Shown: positions 34,352 through 44,405, counted from the first letter of the stretch. The stretch is 64,000 nucleotides of DNA from a bacterium (GCA_026708015.1 JAPOVT010000043.1:8429-72428); one strand, 5' to 3'. The notes: generated by a model not told the origin, from the sequence alone. Program-made: numbers and translations.

Positions 34352-36124
34352 TCAGGCCTCGTCGGCTCTCACCTGGATGGTGTGCCAGCCGGTGGCCCCG
34401 TCGGGCGCTGGATTGCTGATCTCCGAGGTCTGCGTGGTCCCGGTACCGTCGGTGGCCCGCACCCTTACTTGGTGTTCACCGAGGGTGGCGTTCCAGGTCA
34501 CCATCCACTGTCGCCAGGAGTTGATGGTGGTCTCTCGGCTGAGCTCGGCCTCCACCCAATCCTCGTTGTTCACCTGTACCTCAACCTTTTCGATGGCCCG
34601 GGTGGGGGCCCAGGCCACCCCGGCAATCGCGGTGGGACCGGGGTCGATGGTGGAGTCCCGGCGGGGCACGTCGATGCGGGACTGGGTCTTGATCGGCCCC
34701 TCCTTGGACCAGCCGCGGGGGATCCAGTAGCCGTCGAATGCCTCCCAGGTGGTGAGCTCGATGTCCGACAGCCACTTGGTGGCCGACACATAGCCGTACA
34801 AGCCGGCCACTACCAGCCGGGCGGGGAAGCCGTGGGAGATGGGCAGCGGCTCGCCATTCATCTGCACCGCCACCATGGCGATCCTTCCGTCGAGCGCCAC
34901 CGCGGTGGGAAAACCGGCGGTCCACCGGTCCACCGAGCGCCCCACAATCTGAGTGGCCTGGGGCTGCACTCCCGCCTGGTCCAACACGGTGGCCAGCGGG
35001 ACTCCCACCCACTCGGCGTTGCCCACCAAGCGGCCGCCCACCCGATTGGATACGCATGACAAGGTCACTTGCTCTCGAACCAGGCCCAGATCCAGCAGCT
35101 CATCGAAGCTGATCTCCACCTCCTGATCCACCATGCCGTGGATCCGCAGCGACCAGTCGGCCGGGTCGATCTGGGGATACGAGAGGGCGGTGTCGATCAG
35201 GTAGAAGTCCTCGTTGGGCGTGATGAGGGGAGCGATCCCGGCGATGTAGTCGAAGTTGGGCTCTCGCAACGGCTCAGCGGTGACCGAGGGTGTGGGCTCG
35301 GCGGTGGCCTCGGGCGTTGCTTCTGCTGTGGGTTCGGCACCGGCGGATTCGGGGGTCGCCGTCGCGGTGGGGGTAGCCGGTTCCGAGGCCGACTCGGTGG
35401 GCCTTGGTGTGGCCCGGGCGGTGGGGGTGGCGATTGTGCGGCCTTGGAGGGCTTCGGCAACACCCTCCCTAGCCCCTTCAACGGTGTCGCGCCGCCGCAG
35501 CCATCGTCCGAGCAGGCCACCGGCTAGCGAGGCCCCGGCCATGATGCCCACTGCGCCCACAAAGCGACGCCGGTCGTTGAACCGGCCCCTCCCGACCATT
35601 GGCACCGGTCGGGCTTCGTCCTCCGAAGGCTCTTCTTCCCTGGACAGCCGGGAAAAGAGGGCCAGCGCGTACAGGCTCATGAACACCGCAATGCCGAAAG
35701 CCCCCGACAAGAGGCCCGACATCCATCCCAAGCCGTCGCTGGACAGGGGATTGCGGGCCGCGGCCCACCCGCCGACCACGGCAAACACCACCAGCCCGGC
35801 AGGCATCACCCACCAGCGCTTGCGGGACGGCCAGCCCAACACTGCGCCGAGCAGAATCGACACGATGACGATGCCCCACACCAGCGCGGGCTTCTGCGCG
35901 GTCCCCAGGGTGTCGATGGACCAGCGCGCGATGAAGCCGGGGGTGATGTCCACAATCTCCTCGGCCACCGAGACCACCAGCGACGGAATCTTGCGGCTCA
36001 ACCCCGACAAGATCTCGCTCAAACCGAGCGCACCGCCGGCGGCCACAATGCCGGCGGAGATCGCTTGGAACGGGGAGATGGCCGCCCGGCGCTCGCCTGA
36101 AACGGCTGTTTCGGATTCGCTCAT
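34352..36124 (-). CDS. Molybdopterin-dependent oxidoreductase (sulfite-oxidase family) with N-terminal multi-TM region
   Basis: TLSCVSNRVGG Mo-binding Cys motif, an Ig-like C-terminal domain, N-terminal TM helices and a Pro/Thr/Ala-rich linker. Confidence 0.85.
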   Translation of the reverse strand: MSESETAVSGERRAAISPFQAISAGIVAAGGALGLSEILSGLSRKIPSLVVSVAEEIVDITPGFIARWSIDTLGTAQKPALVWGIVIVSILLGAVLGWPSRKRWWVMPAGLVVFAVVGGWAAARNPLSSDGLGWMSGLLSGAFGIAVFMSLYALALFSRLSREEEPSEDEARPVPMVGRGRFNDRRRFVGAVGIMAGASLAGGLLGRWLRRRDTVEGAREGVAEALQGRTIATPTARATPRPTESASEPATPTATATPESAGAEPTAEATPEATAEPTPSVTAEPLREPNFDYIAGIAPLITPNEDFYLIDTALSYPQIDPADWSLRIHGMVDQEVEISFDELLDLGLVREQVTLSCVSNRVGGRLVGNAEWVGVPLATVLDQAGVQPQATQIVGRSVDRWTAGFPTAVALDGRIAMVAVQMNGEPLPISHGFPARLVVAGLYGYVSATKWLSDIELTTWEAFDGYWIPRGWSKEGPIKTQSRIDVPRRDSTIDPGPTAIAGVAWAPTRAIEKVEVQVNNEDWVEAELSRETTINSWRQWMVTWNATLGEHQVRVRATDGTGTTQTSEISNPAPDGATGWHTIQVRADEA

Positions 36125-36264
36125 TTCTGACTCCCGAAGAGTGAGTGGCCCGGGTGTTCTTCATCCGGTCGTGTGGGACTAAGGCTATTGTGATTTTCCA
36201 CTGTTTGGGCCAATAGACCCGCTACTTGGAGCCGGAATATGGAAATCGTGCCAATCGCTAGCCG

Positions 36265-37233
36265 ATGACACCGCTGGAGGCTTTGGGCGCTGACCAACAG
36301 TGGCGGGAGTTGGCCCAGAGCCAGGGAGGACGACTGGGCCGGGTGGTGCAGGTGGACCGGGGCGAGTGCGAGGTGATGACCGACGAGGGCCAGATCCGGG
36401 TCTCGTCCGACTCCCAGCGAGCCCAAGGCGATGTGGCTCCGGTAACCGGCGACTGGGTCACCGTAGTTCCCGACCTTGACGACATCCCCACAGTGGAACA
36501 GGTGCTGGAGCGGCGCACCCTGGTGGTGCGGCGAGATCCGGCCGAGCACGCCCGAGCCCAAACACTGGTAGCCAACGTCGATGTGGTGGGGGTGGTACAC
36601 GGCCTCGACCGGCGCATCAATCCGGCCCAGCTCGAGCGCTTCTGCGTGGTGGCCTGGCAGTCGGGCGCGTCGGTGGCGATCATCCTGGCCAAGGCCGATC
36701 TTCGCCGCCGCCCCGAGCGGGACGCCGAGAAGGCGGCCGCCCTGGCGCCAGGGGCGTCGGTGGTGGTCACCGCCGCGTTGCGGGGCGAGGGCCTCGATCA
36801 AATGACCGCCCTGCTGGAGGGCAACCGCACGCTGGCGCTGCTGGGACCGTCAGGAGTGGGCAAATCCACGCTCATCAACGCTCTGGTGGGGACCGAGGTC
36901 CAGAACACCCAAGAAGTGCGGGCGGGCGACGCCCGGGGCCGCCACACCACCATCGCCCGGCGGCTCATCGCGCTCCCCAACGGGGGATCGATCGTGGATA
37001 CGCCCGGCATCCGAGCCGTGGGGCCGTGGGATGCGTGGGAGGGGCTGGCCGCGGCCTACGCCGAGATCGACGCCCTCGACCAAGACTGCCGTTTCGCCGA
37101 AGACTGCTGGCACCAGGGCCAGCCCGGGTGTGCAGTGGCCGGCAACGTGGATTCGGGCCGGCTGCGGCGCTACTTGGAGCTGGCCGACGAGCTGGCCGAC
37201 CAAGACCTGGACCTCGCCCGCCGACGGCGTTAG
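36265..37233 (+). CDS. rsgA: Ribosome small subunit-dependent GTPase A
   Basis: Circularly permuted GTPase: AKADL, GPSGVGKSTLINAL and the C-terminal Cys cluster CRFAEDCWHQGQPGC. Confidence 0.9.
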   Translation: MTPLEALGADQQWRELAQSQGGRLGRVVQVDRGECEVMTDEGQIRVSSDSQRAQGDVAPVTGDWVTVVPDLDDIPTVEQVLERRTLVVRRDPAEHARAQTLVANVDVVGVVHGLDRRINPAQLERFCVVAWQSGASVAIILAKADLRRRPERDAEKAAALAPGASVVVTAALRGEGLDQMTALLEGNRTLALLGPSGVGKSTLINALVGTEVQNTQEVRAGDARGRHTTIARRLIALPNGGSIVDTPGIRAVGPWDAWEGLAAAYAEIDALDQDCRFAEDCWHQGQPGCAVAGNVDSGRLRRYLELADELADQDLDLARRRR

Positions 37234-37268
37234 CCGCGAGTAGGCCCGACCGCCTGACCGGGCCGCAC

Positions 37269-37299
37269 CGGTCGGCCTGACCAATTCACAGGCCGACCG
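37269..37299 (+). terminator. Strong hairpin CGGTCGGCCTG-N9-CAGGCCGACCG after rsgA (no U-tract)
   Basis: Perfect 11-bp stem. It is preceded by a second 6-bp hairpin at 37243-37264. Confidence 0.4.
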
Positions 37300-37321
37300 C
37301 TGCATGCGCTAGAAAGCCCGG

Positions 37322-38152
37322 ATGCCGAGCGCAACGCCATTAGCCAACACGATCGCAGCCGTCACCGGTGGAGGCGGGGGTATCGGGGGCGGCATATCCC
37401 GGTTGTTCGCCGAGGCGGGGGCCGCAGTGGTGGTCAACGACATCGACGCCGACTTGGCCAACACCGCAGTGGGCGACATCACCGAGGCCGGAGGGCGGGC
37501 CATCTCGGTGGTGGGCGACATTACCAACGCCGCGGTAGTGGCCGAGTTCCACCGGGCGTCGGTGGAGTTCGGCGAGGGCCGAGTGGACGTGCTGGTGAAC
37601 AACGTGGGCGACTACCGGCCGGGTGCGGGCAAGTTCATCAGGACCACCGAGGCCGACTGGGATGCCCAGATCGACATCACCTTCCGCCACGTATTGCGCT
37701 GCACCCATGCATTCCTGCCCACCATGGTGGAAGGGGGCGGCGGCACCATCGTGAACGTGTCCACGGTGGAGGCCTTGCGGGCCATGCCCCGGATCGCGGT
37801 GTATTCGGCGTCCAACGCCGCCATCATCGCGTTCACCCGATCAATCGCCTTGGAAATGGCCGACCAGAATATCCGGGTCAACTGCATCGCTCCCGACATG
37901 GCCGTCACACTGCAAACCCCCCTCGACCAGATGCTGCGGGGCCGACCCCTCGAGCAGGTAACCCGGAATATCCCCTTGTGCCGCTTCGGAAACCCCGACG
38001 ACTTCGCCGAGGTGGCCCTGTTCTTGGCCTCCGATCAGTCCCGTTTCATGACCGGCCAGACCATCCCCGTCGATGGCGGCACGATGACCGCCCAGGGCTG
38101 GTACCGCCGCGCCGACGGCCGAGGCTTCACCAACCTCCCTGACGTGCCTTGA
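37322..38152 (+). CDS. SDR family oxidoreductase
   Basis: TGGGGGIG, NNVG and YSASN motifs. Confidence 0.9.
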   Translation: MPSATPLANTIAAVTGGGGGIGGGISRLFAEAGAAVVVNDIDADLANTAVGDITEAGGRAISVVGDITNAAVVAEFHRASVEFGEGRVDVLVNNVGDYRPGAGKFIRTTEADWDAQIDITFRHVLRCTHAFLPTMVEGGGGTIVNVSTVEALRAMPRIAVYSASNAAIIAFTRSIALEMADQNIRVNCIAPDMAVTLQTPLDQMLRGRPLEQVTRNIPLCRFGNPDDFAEVALFLASDQSRFMTGQTIPVDGGTMTAQGWYRRADGRGFTNLPDVP

Positions 38153-38164
38153 TCTGGGGGGAGC

Positions 38165-39274
38165 TCAGTCCAAGCCGTACTGAGGAAGTCGGCCGTTGGC
38201 GATCATCGTGAGGCTGCCGGTGCCGGACTCTTCGGGGTCGTTGGTGGTGACCGTGACCGGGGCGATGCGGTGCATCGGCGTGAACACCTCACCGGAGGTC
38301 GCTACAACATCGGCGGGGTGGCTCACGTCCCAGATCTCGTGCTCGACGTAGGACTCGCCCCGATAGACGCCGAGGCCGAGCTCGTCGTCCCAACCGCCGC
38401 TGTACCCCAGCCCGGCCATGGCCACCGCCGAACCCAGCGGTGCCGAGCCGAGCCGCAGCGACCGCCCGTCGTCCAGTTGCACTGCCATTTCGGCCGACGA
38501 GAACCGACGGGTGTCGGCGAAGAAGTCCAGTGAAAGATCGGCCTGGGTGACGTGGCCGTCGGTGTCGGGAGCGTCCCGATCCCGGATCAGCCCGGTGAGG
38601 TAGACCCGCTCCGCTCCCCGCTCCATGATCTGCACGTGCCCGGCCCGATGGTTGGTGGAGAAGAACAGGAAGTAGAACAAGGTGCCCACCTCGCTGTGGC
38701 GGCGGGGCGGCCCGGTCACCGGCTCGGGGATGCCCATGGAGGGGCGCACTCCCCAGGAGTGGTCCCGGCCGCCCCACCAGCCATCCACCTCCAAGCCCTC
38801 GTCGCCGATTGTGATCCAGCCGTCCACCACCCCCACCTGGTTGAACCGCTGGTAGTTTTGGGCCACCCGGCCCCGCTCCCGCTCTACGTGGGGCTTCTCG
38901 ATCTCCGGGGCCAGCTCGGCCCGCCACACCAGATCGCAGGCGATGGAGTGATCGCCGGGGGCCAGGATCACCCTCAGCTCTTCCAGCGGGACCGTCGGCT
39001 CCACCCGCATCGGCCCCACCTCGGGCTCGAAGCGGGGGCGCAGCGCCCGCGACGCCCGCAGATTGTGCTGGGTGCCGCCCCGCACCATCACCACCCCGCC
39101 GTCGATCACGTTCATGTTGTTGTAGGAGCCCATGGTGAACTGCACCGCGGCCTGTCCGGCCGGGTCGTAGATGGCGAACCAGTAGCGGTCGAAGAACCGG
39201 GGATCAGACGTGCCAACGTGCTCGAACGGCTCGGCAATCTGGTGCCACAGGGTGTCGTCAAGGGGTCCGAGCAT
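38165..39274 (-). CDS. Conserved hypothetical protein (369 aa)
   Basis: Long ORF with N-terminus LDDTLWHQIAEPF...DPRFFDRYWF. Same strand and tightly spaced with the next two genes. Confidence 0.75.
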   Translation of the reverse strand: MLGPLDDTLWHQIAEPFEHVGTSDPRFFDRYWFAIYDPAGQAAVQFTMGSYNNMNVIDGGVVMVRGGTQHNLRASRALRPRFEPEVGPMRVEPTVPLEELRVILAPGDHSIACDLVWRAELAPEIEKPHVERERGRVAQNYQRFNQVGVVDGWITIGDEGLEVDGWWGGRDHSWGVRPSMGIPEPVTGPPRRHSEVGTLFYFLFFSTNHRAGHVQIMERGAERVYLTGLIRDRDAPDTDGHVTQADLSLDFFADTRRFSSAEMAVQLDDGRSLRLGSAPLGSAVAMAGLGYSGGWDDELGLGVYRGESYVEHEIWDVSHPADVVATSGEVFTPMHRIAPVTVTTNDPEESGTGSLTMIANGRLPQYGLD

Positions 39275-39276
39275 GG

Positions 39277-39645
39277 CTACTTCAGCCTTTCTGTGGAATC
39301 GGCCAAGTAGGCCCGCACCGCGGGGGACTGCTCAGACCCGCTCATGATCTCATCGGTGAGCTGGGCCCGCAGGCTCCGGTGGTATACGTCGGCTGCCTCG
39401 TAGTCGACAACGCCGGGCACGGCTTCCTCTAGCGCCGCGGGTTCGATGCCCAAGACCTCTTCCAGAGCCCGAATGTCGATCACCAGATCGGGCAGCACCT
39501 CAGACCATCGCGCCGCGGCGTGCTCCAGAGCCGCGGCCGCAAAGGCGATCTGCTCCTGCGTATAGGAGTCAGACACTTCGGGGGAGGCCAACTCCACCAG
39601 CACTCGGCGGGCCCCGATGATCTGCTCGCTCAATGTCGGTCTCAT
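39277..39645 (-). CDS. Hypothetical protein (122 aa)
   Basis: ORF sitting 2 nt from the downstream gene. Its start is duplicated (see the repeat at 39620-39690). Confidence 0.65.
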   Translation of the reverse strand: MRPTLSEQIIGARRVLVELASPEVSDSYTQEQIAFAAAALEHAAARWSEVLPDLVIDIRALEEVLGIEPAALEEAVPGVVDYEAADVYHRSLRAQLTDEIMSGSEQSPAVRAYLADSTERLK

Positions 39646-39690
39646 CCCAGATGCTCCTCAATCTGCTCGCTCAATGTCGGTCTCATCCCA
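39620..39690 (-). repeat. Exact 30-nt direct repeat (39620-39649 and 39661-39690, period 41 nt) duplicating the stop/start junction; creates a 14-aa mini-ORF at 39642..39686
   Basis: ATCTGCTCGCTCAATGTCGGTCTCATCCCA occurs twice. Each copy carries an ATGA overlap on the minus strand. The mini-ORF MRPTLSEQIEEHLG shares 8 residues with the downstream gene. Confidence 0.9.
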
Positions 39691-40687
39691 ACTCCTCCGC
39701 GGTCTGGGCCAAAAGCAATTTGGCTAGTTGTCCAGCTCCTAACCACACCCGAAGGGTGCGGTCGTCACAGAAGCTGCGCACCCCGGTGATGACGATGGCC
39801 GCCAGCTTGTAGTTGGCCAGCACCTGCCAGAATCGCAGCGCATCCCGGTCGACGGTCCGGCCGGTGCGAGCCTCATAGGCCGACACCAGATCTGCCGCCT
39901 CCCACCGTCCGGGAATCTGGTGCTCGACCCGGCGGAGCGGGTTGGTCACCCATCCCACATCCTCGGCGAGATCGCCCAAGTGCACGGTCTCCCAGTCCAG
40001 CAGCACCTGCACCAAGTTGCCGTCGAACAGTACATTGCCCGGCTTTATGTCACCGTGGACCACGGTGATCTCGCCGGGCTCGGGCCGGTTGCGGCGCATC
40101 CACTGCTCGATATAGGCCAGCACCGGCTGGGGCTCCAATGACTGGCGCTCGATCACCGCGGCCCACTCGTCGATGGCCGCCTCCGCCGGATCAGCGGGCA
40201 CAGCCAGAACCTCGTTTAGTCCGGCGCCTTTCCAGTCCAGAGCGTGAATCTCGATCATCAGATCCACCATCTGCGAGGCGATCCCCACTCGGGAGTCTTC
40301 GTCGGGCCGACCGTCGCCTCCTTGCAGAATGAAGTGGTCGTTGTGGCCGTCATAGCGGGTCATCACCATCGCCGGGCGGCCCAGTTCCGACCCGTCGGCG
40401 TCCAGCCACACCACCTCGGGAGATCGCACCGGCTGGTCGTGCAACCGCCGCAGCACCTCAAACTCCACCCTGCGGTCGGTTTCGAGCACGCTGCCCACCG
40501 GATCACGCCGCAAGAACAGCTGTCGATGGTGCGACTGCCCGCCATCTTGCCAATGCAGATCGAACGGCCAATTCTCCCGTGACTGCCCTCCGATGGCCCG
40601 AGCCTCGCCTTCCACCCGAAGCCCGTAAACCTCGCCCAAGCGCGCTCGGATGAATCCTTCTAGGGCGGCGTCAAAGTCCCCGGTCAT
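39683..40687 (-). CDS. Phosphotransferase family protein (APH/choline-kinase fold)
   Basis: VVHGDIKPGNVLFD catalytic loop and DWE motif. Confidence 0.85.
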   Translation of the reverse strand: MTGDFDAALEGFIRARLGEVYGLRVEGEARAIGGQSRENWPFDLHWQDGGQSHHRQLFLRRDPVGSVLETDRRVEFEVLRRLHDQPVRSPEVVWLDADGSELGRPAMVMTRYDGHNDHFILQGGDGRPDEDSRVGIASQMVDLMIEIHALDWKGAGLNEVLAVPADPAEAAIDEWAAVIERQSLEPQPVLAYIEQWMRRNRPEPGEITVVHGDIKPGNVLFDGNLVQVLLDWETVHLGDLAEDVGWVTNPLRRVEHQIPGRWEAADLVSAYEARTGRTVDRDALRFWQVLANYKLAAIVITGVRSFCDDRTLRVWLGAGQLAKLLLAQTAEELG

Positions 40688-40718
40688 CGAAAGAACACGC
40701 TACCGACTCGGCGCGGAG

Positions 40719-40792
40719 TGGAGCTGAGCGGACTCGAACCGCCGGCCTCCTCGTTGCGAACGAGGCGCTCTAGCCAACTGAGCTACAGCCCC
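40719..40792 (-). tRNA. tRNA-Ala (anticodon CGC)
   Basis: Hand-folded: acceptor GGGGCTG/CAGCTCC with the G3:U70 identity pair; anticodon stem CCTCG/CGAGG with loop TTCGCAA. Confidence 0.95.
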
Positions 40793-40869
40793 AAATGCCG
40801 AATCAAGCCTAATGGGGGAGACGCGCCGAACCGCGATTGGAATGAGCGGGTGTCAGCGGGAAGAAGAGA

Positions 40870-41397
40870 TCAGCGCTGGCCGCCGGAGGCCACGTCCCAG
40901 GAGCGGGGCTGTGAGTCGTCGGCACCGACCGGATTGAGCCGATCCTCGCGGGTTCTTTGGTGCTGGACCAGCAGCATGGCGTAGCCCAACAGCAAGGCGT
41001 CAATCAGCAGGTGTACCACTAAGGCGAATCCGCCCAGATAGACGGCGAAGACGAAGGAGGCCAGCGCACCCACGATAAGCGTCACCAGGATGCGGCGCCG
41101 ACGGCGGCGGGCGTCGATCGAAGTCCGGGGTATCCCTCGATTCGAATTCGAAGCCATCTGATTAGCGTACACCCGAGGCGGCAGGGTGATATTGGGCCGA
41201 AGGGCCACCACTGGAGCGGCCATGGCACCCCGCTCAGCCAGACGGGGATTCACAGAGCGAAGCGGAGCGCGGAAACCCAACTGCGGCGTGCGCCGCCTAA
41301 ACCCGAATTGCCCGTTACGCGCCCGGCGAATCAGGGGCGGTAGCAAAAAGGCAGCCCATGCAGCTGCCAAGATCATGAGCAACACTGATGTCACCAA
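40870..41397 (-). CDS. Hypothetical membrane protein
   Basis: Two predicted TM helices (N-terminal and C-terminal third). Non-ATG start in the track, so the start is uncertain. Confidence 0.6.
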   Translation of the reverse strand: MVTSVLLMILAAAWAAFLLPPLIRRARNGQFGFRRRTPQLGFRAPLRSVNPRLAERGAMAAPVVALRPNITLPPRVYANQMASNSNRGIPRTSIDARRRRRRILVTLIVGALASFVFAVYLGGFALVVHLLIDALLLGYAMLLVQHQRTREDRLNPVGADDSQPRSWDVASGGQR

Positions 41398-41605
41398 TCT
41401 CGGGGGTCCCTTGCACGATTAATCGTAAGCCCTATTAGTGGGCTCACTGGTGGATGGTCGTGCCTGCACCCTTCGCGAAGGCTGTCTGAACGCGCTACGG
41501 CAATAGGCAGATGGACATTACAGGGACTTAACACTTGTTACGGTTCTACTACAGAAAGTCCACCCGCGCCACCCCGTCTTCAGCAGGCATTTCAGGGGGA
41601 TACGG

Positions 41606-42109
41606 TCAGTCGTTGTAGGTCGAGTCGGCATCCTCCAAACGCCGATAAGAACCAGAGCGCCCACCTGTCTTTTCCCACAGGGCGATTTCTCCGATCACCA
41701 TCTCCTTGTCCCGCGATTTGCACATGTCATAAACCGTCAGAGCGGCCACCGAACAGGCCGTGAGGGCTTCCATTTCCACCCCGGTCCGGTCGATCGTTTC
41801 CACCTCGGCCTCGATCTCGATGTAGGTGTCCTCGATCCTGAAGTTGACCAACACCGCCCCCACCAGCAACGGGTGGCACAGCGGGATGAGCTCGGGAGTG
41901 CGCTTAGCCGCCTGGATCCCCGCTACCCGGGCCACCGCCAGCACATCCCCCTTCCCGATGGCACCCCGGGCCACCGCTGAGGCGGTGTCGGCACTCATGA
42001 ACACCTTGGCCCGAGCAATGGCCCGGCGGTGCGAGGGATCTTTGGGAGTTACGTCCACCATGCGGGCCCGGCCGAGAGGATCGAGGTGGGTGAATCCGAC
42101 GTCGGTCAC
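41606..42109 (-). CDS. moaC: Cyclic pyranopterin monophosphate synthase
   Basis: Typical MoaC sequence (LTHLD..G.ARMVDV..K, KGDVLAVARVAGI, IPLCHPL). Confidence 0.95.
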   Translation of the reverse strand: MTDVGFTHLDPLGRARMVDVTPKDPSHRRAIARAKVFMSADTASAVARGAIGKGDVLAVARVAGIQAAKRTPELIPLCHPLLVGAVLVNFRIEDTYIEIEAEVETIDRTGVEMEALTACSVAALTVYDMCKSRDKEMVIGEIALWEKTGGRSGSYRRLEDADSTYND

Positions 42110-42144
42110 ATCAGCCCCCTAGTCACGCAAGACCCCATGTCACA

Positions 42145-43137
42145 TCAGCCCCCGATCTGTGACATCGATCGGCCGGGGCGGATGAAGTGCACCTGGTTGA
42201 TGGCGTGCCCGGCCCACTTGTCCTTGACCACATCGGAGATGACGGCAGCGATCTCATCGTCGCTGACCTCCGAGCGCACCAGCTCCCGAAGGTCGTGCTC
42301 ATCTACTGCGAACAGGCAGTTGCGGAACATGCCCTCGGCGGTGAGCCGTACCCGGTCACAATTTCCACAGAAGGCGTCGGTCACGCTGGCGATCACCCCG
42401 AACGAACCCTGGCCGTCGGCGTAGTGCCATACCGCGGCCGGTGAATGGGATCGCTCAACGGGGGCCAGGGGAAACGCCTCGCCCACCGTGGTCACGATCT
42501 CGTCGAGGGTGACAACTTTGTCGTTGCTCCACGAGAGGTCGGCGTCCAGCGGCATGAATTCGATGAACCGGACCTCCACGCCCTTGTCTCGGCCGAACCG
42601 GGCGAAGTCCACGATCTCGTCGTCGTTGATGCCCCGCATCATCACCGCATTGACCTTCACCGGGTTGAGTCCGGCGGCCAGGGCGGCGTCGATTCCGTCG
42701 AGCACCCGGTCCAATTCGTCCCGGCGAGTGAACTCCTCGAACCGCTCGGGTCGAAGGGAGTCGAGAGAGATGTTGATCCGCCGCAACCCGGCGGCGGCCA
42801 GCTTCTCGGCCAGAAGACCCAGGGTAGCCCCGTTGGTGGTCAGGGCCAGATCGACGCCCAAGGCCGCGAGCTTCTCCACCAGCACCGGCAAGTTGGCCCG
42901 CACAGTGGGCTCCCCGCCGGTGAGGCGGATGCTGTCTATGCCGAAGCGGTCGACCATCAATTTGGCGATGCGCTCGATTTCCTCGAAGGTGAGCAGGTCT
43001 TCGCGGGGCAGCCAGTCGAGCCCGTCGGCGGGCATGCAATACGTGCAGCGGAAATTGCATCGGTCGGTTATCGAGATACGGAGATCCCGGTGTACCCGTC
43101 CAAAGGTGTCGATCAGCGGCACGCTCACTCCCCCCAT
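42145..43137 (-). CDS. moaA: GTP 3',8-cyclase (radical SAM)
   Basis: Track ORF trimmed to the ATG at 43137. CNFRCTYCMP radical-SAM cluster, C-terminal CGNCDRVRLTAEG, ends in GG. Confidence 0.95.
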   Translation of the reverse strand: MGGVSVPLIDTFGRVHRDLRISITDRCNFRCTYCMPADGLDWLPREDLLTFEEIERIAKLMVDRFGIDSIRLTGGEPTVRANLPVLVEKLAALGVDLALTTNGATLGLLAEKLAAAGLRRINISLDSLRPERFEEFTRRDELDRVLDGIDAALAAGLNPVKVNAVMMRGINDDEIVDFARFGRDKGVEVRFIEFMPLDADLSWSNDKVVTLDEIVTTVGEAFPLAPVERSHSPAAVWHYADGQGSFGVIASVTDAFCGNCDRVRLTAEGMFRNCLFAVDEHDLRELVRSEVSDDEIAAVISDVVKDKWAGHAINQVHFIRPGRSMSQIGG

Positions 43138-43199
43138 TCTGGCCGAATAAGGCGCCGAACACACTGTGGAAAGCCAATCCGGGGCCGGTTGGCTCGCGG

Positions 43200-44405
43200 T
43201 CAGCGCAGGATGAGCAGCGACACCGCCTCGCCGACGTCGAGGCCGTCGCCGTCGGGCAGCACGGCTAGGGCGTCGGCTGCGGCCATGGCCGACAGCTGGT
43301 GCGATCCCTGGCCTCCGGCCGATCGGGCCAGGAACTCGCCGTCGGCGTACTCGACTCGAACTCGGGCGAAGTGGGTCTTTCCGTCGGGTCGGCGGCGTAA
43401 CCCCTCGGCCACGCGGCCCATCACCGGCTGGCGATGCCAGGTATCGGGAGGATGGCCCATCATCTTGCGCAGGCCGGGCCGGGCGAACAGTTCGAACGAC
43501 ACCATGGACGACACCGGATTGCCCGGCAGCCCGAACACCGGGATGCCCTGCACCAGACCGAACGCCAGCGGCTTGGCCGGCTTTATGGCCACCTGCATCC
43601 AAGACATGTCGCCGATCTCGTCGAGCACCTTCTTCACGTAGTCGTAGTCGCCCATGCTCACCCCACCCGAGGTCAAAAGGGCGTCGCACTTCTCCACTCC
43701 CGCCCGGATGCCGGCGGCAATCTCATCCTCGTCATCGGCCATGCTGCCCAAATCCACCGGTTCGCACCCGGCCTCAGCCAGCAAAGACAACAGCGTGTGC
43801 CGGTTGGAATCGCGGATTTGGCCCATCTCCAGCGGCTGCGGCCCCTCGACCAGCTCGTCGCCGGTGGACATGACCCCCACTCGAGCCCTCGGCCGCACCC
43901 TCACCTGGTACATGCCCAGGCTGGTGAGCACTCCCAAGTGCCCGGGAGTCAGAACCTCTCCCGGCCCGAACACCGTCTGGCCCACCGTCAGGTCCTCGCC
44001 GGCCCGGCGAATGTGGTTGCCCGCGGGCACCGACTGGGCCACGGTCACCCCGGTGCCGTCGGGACTGGTCTCGGTGAGTTCCACCATGACCACTGCGTCG
44101 GCACCGGGGGGTATGACTGCCCCGGTCATGATGCGCACAGCCTGTCCGGCGCCCACAGTGATATCGGGCGGCACGCCCGCGGCCACCGTGCCCGCAACGG
44201 CCAGAGTCACCGGCGCATCGGCCACGTCGGACGATCGCACCGCAAAACCGTCCATCGCCGTGTTGTCGAATGGGGGAACCAGCTCAGGCGCCACCACGGT
44301 CTCAGTGGTGACCAGCCCTCGGGCGTGGTCTACCCCAACGACCACTTCGTCCAGCAGGTTGCACCCCGCCAGCACCCGCTCCTGGGCTTCAGCCAGCGGA
44401 ATCAT
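43200..44405 (-). CDS. moeA: Molybdopterin molybdenumtransferase
   Basis: MoeA domains (PFDNTAMDGFAV, TSGGVSMGDYD). Start chosen at the ATG at 44405 (MIPLAEAQ), sharing TGATG with the plsY stop. The track start is 44435. Confidence 0.9.
   Translation of the reverse strand: MIPLAEAQERVLAGCNLLDEVVVGVDHARGLVTTETVVAPELVPPFDNTAMDGFAVRSSDVADAPVTLAVAGTVAAGVPPDITVGAGQAVRIMTGAVIPPGADAVVMVELTETSPDGTGVTVAQSVPAGNHIRRAGEDLTVGQTVFGPGEVLTPGHLGVLTSLGMYQVRVRPRARVGVMSTGDELVEGPQPLEMGQIRDSNRHTLLSLLAEAGCEPVDLGSMADDEDEIAAGIRAGVEKCDALLTSGGVSMGDYDYVKKVLDEIGDMSWMQVAIKPAKPLAFGLVQGIPVFGLPGNPVSSMVSFELFARPGLRKMMGHPPDTWHRQPVMGRVAEGLRRRPDGKTHFARVRVEYADGEFLARSAGGQGSHQLSAMAAADALAVLPDGDGLDVGEAVSLLILR

Noticed and set aside
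41398-41605. AT-richer 200-nt intergenic region with perfect palindromes ACGATTAATCGT (41415-41426) and CCTTCGCGAAGG (41470-41481); considered an sRNA, riboswitch or operator
   Set aside because: I could not fold or match it to any known RNA class by eye. The palindromes may be operators for the downstream membrane-protein gene, but there is no supporting context.
43138-43689. 184-aa N-terminal extension of the moaA ORF
   Set aside because: It is an Arg/Pro-rich shadow overlapping the moeA 3' end. MoaA homology begins at MGGVSVPLID (ATG at 43137).
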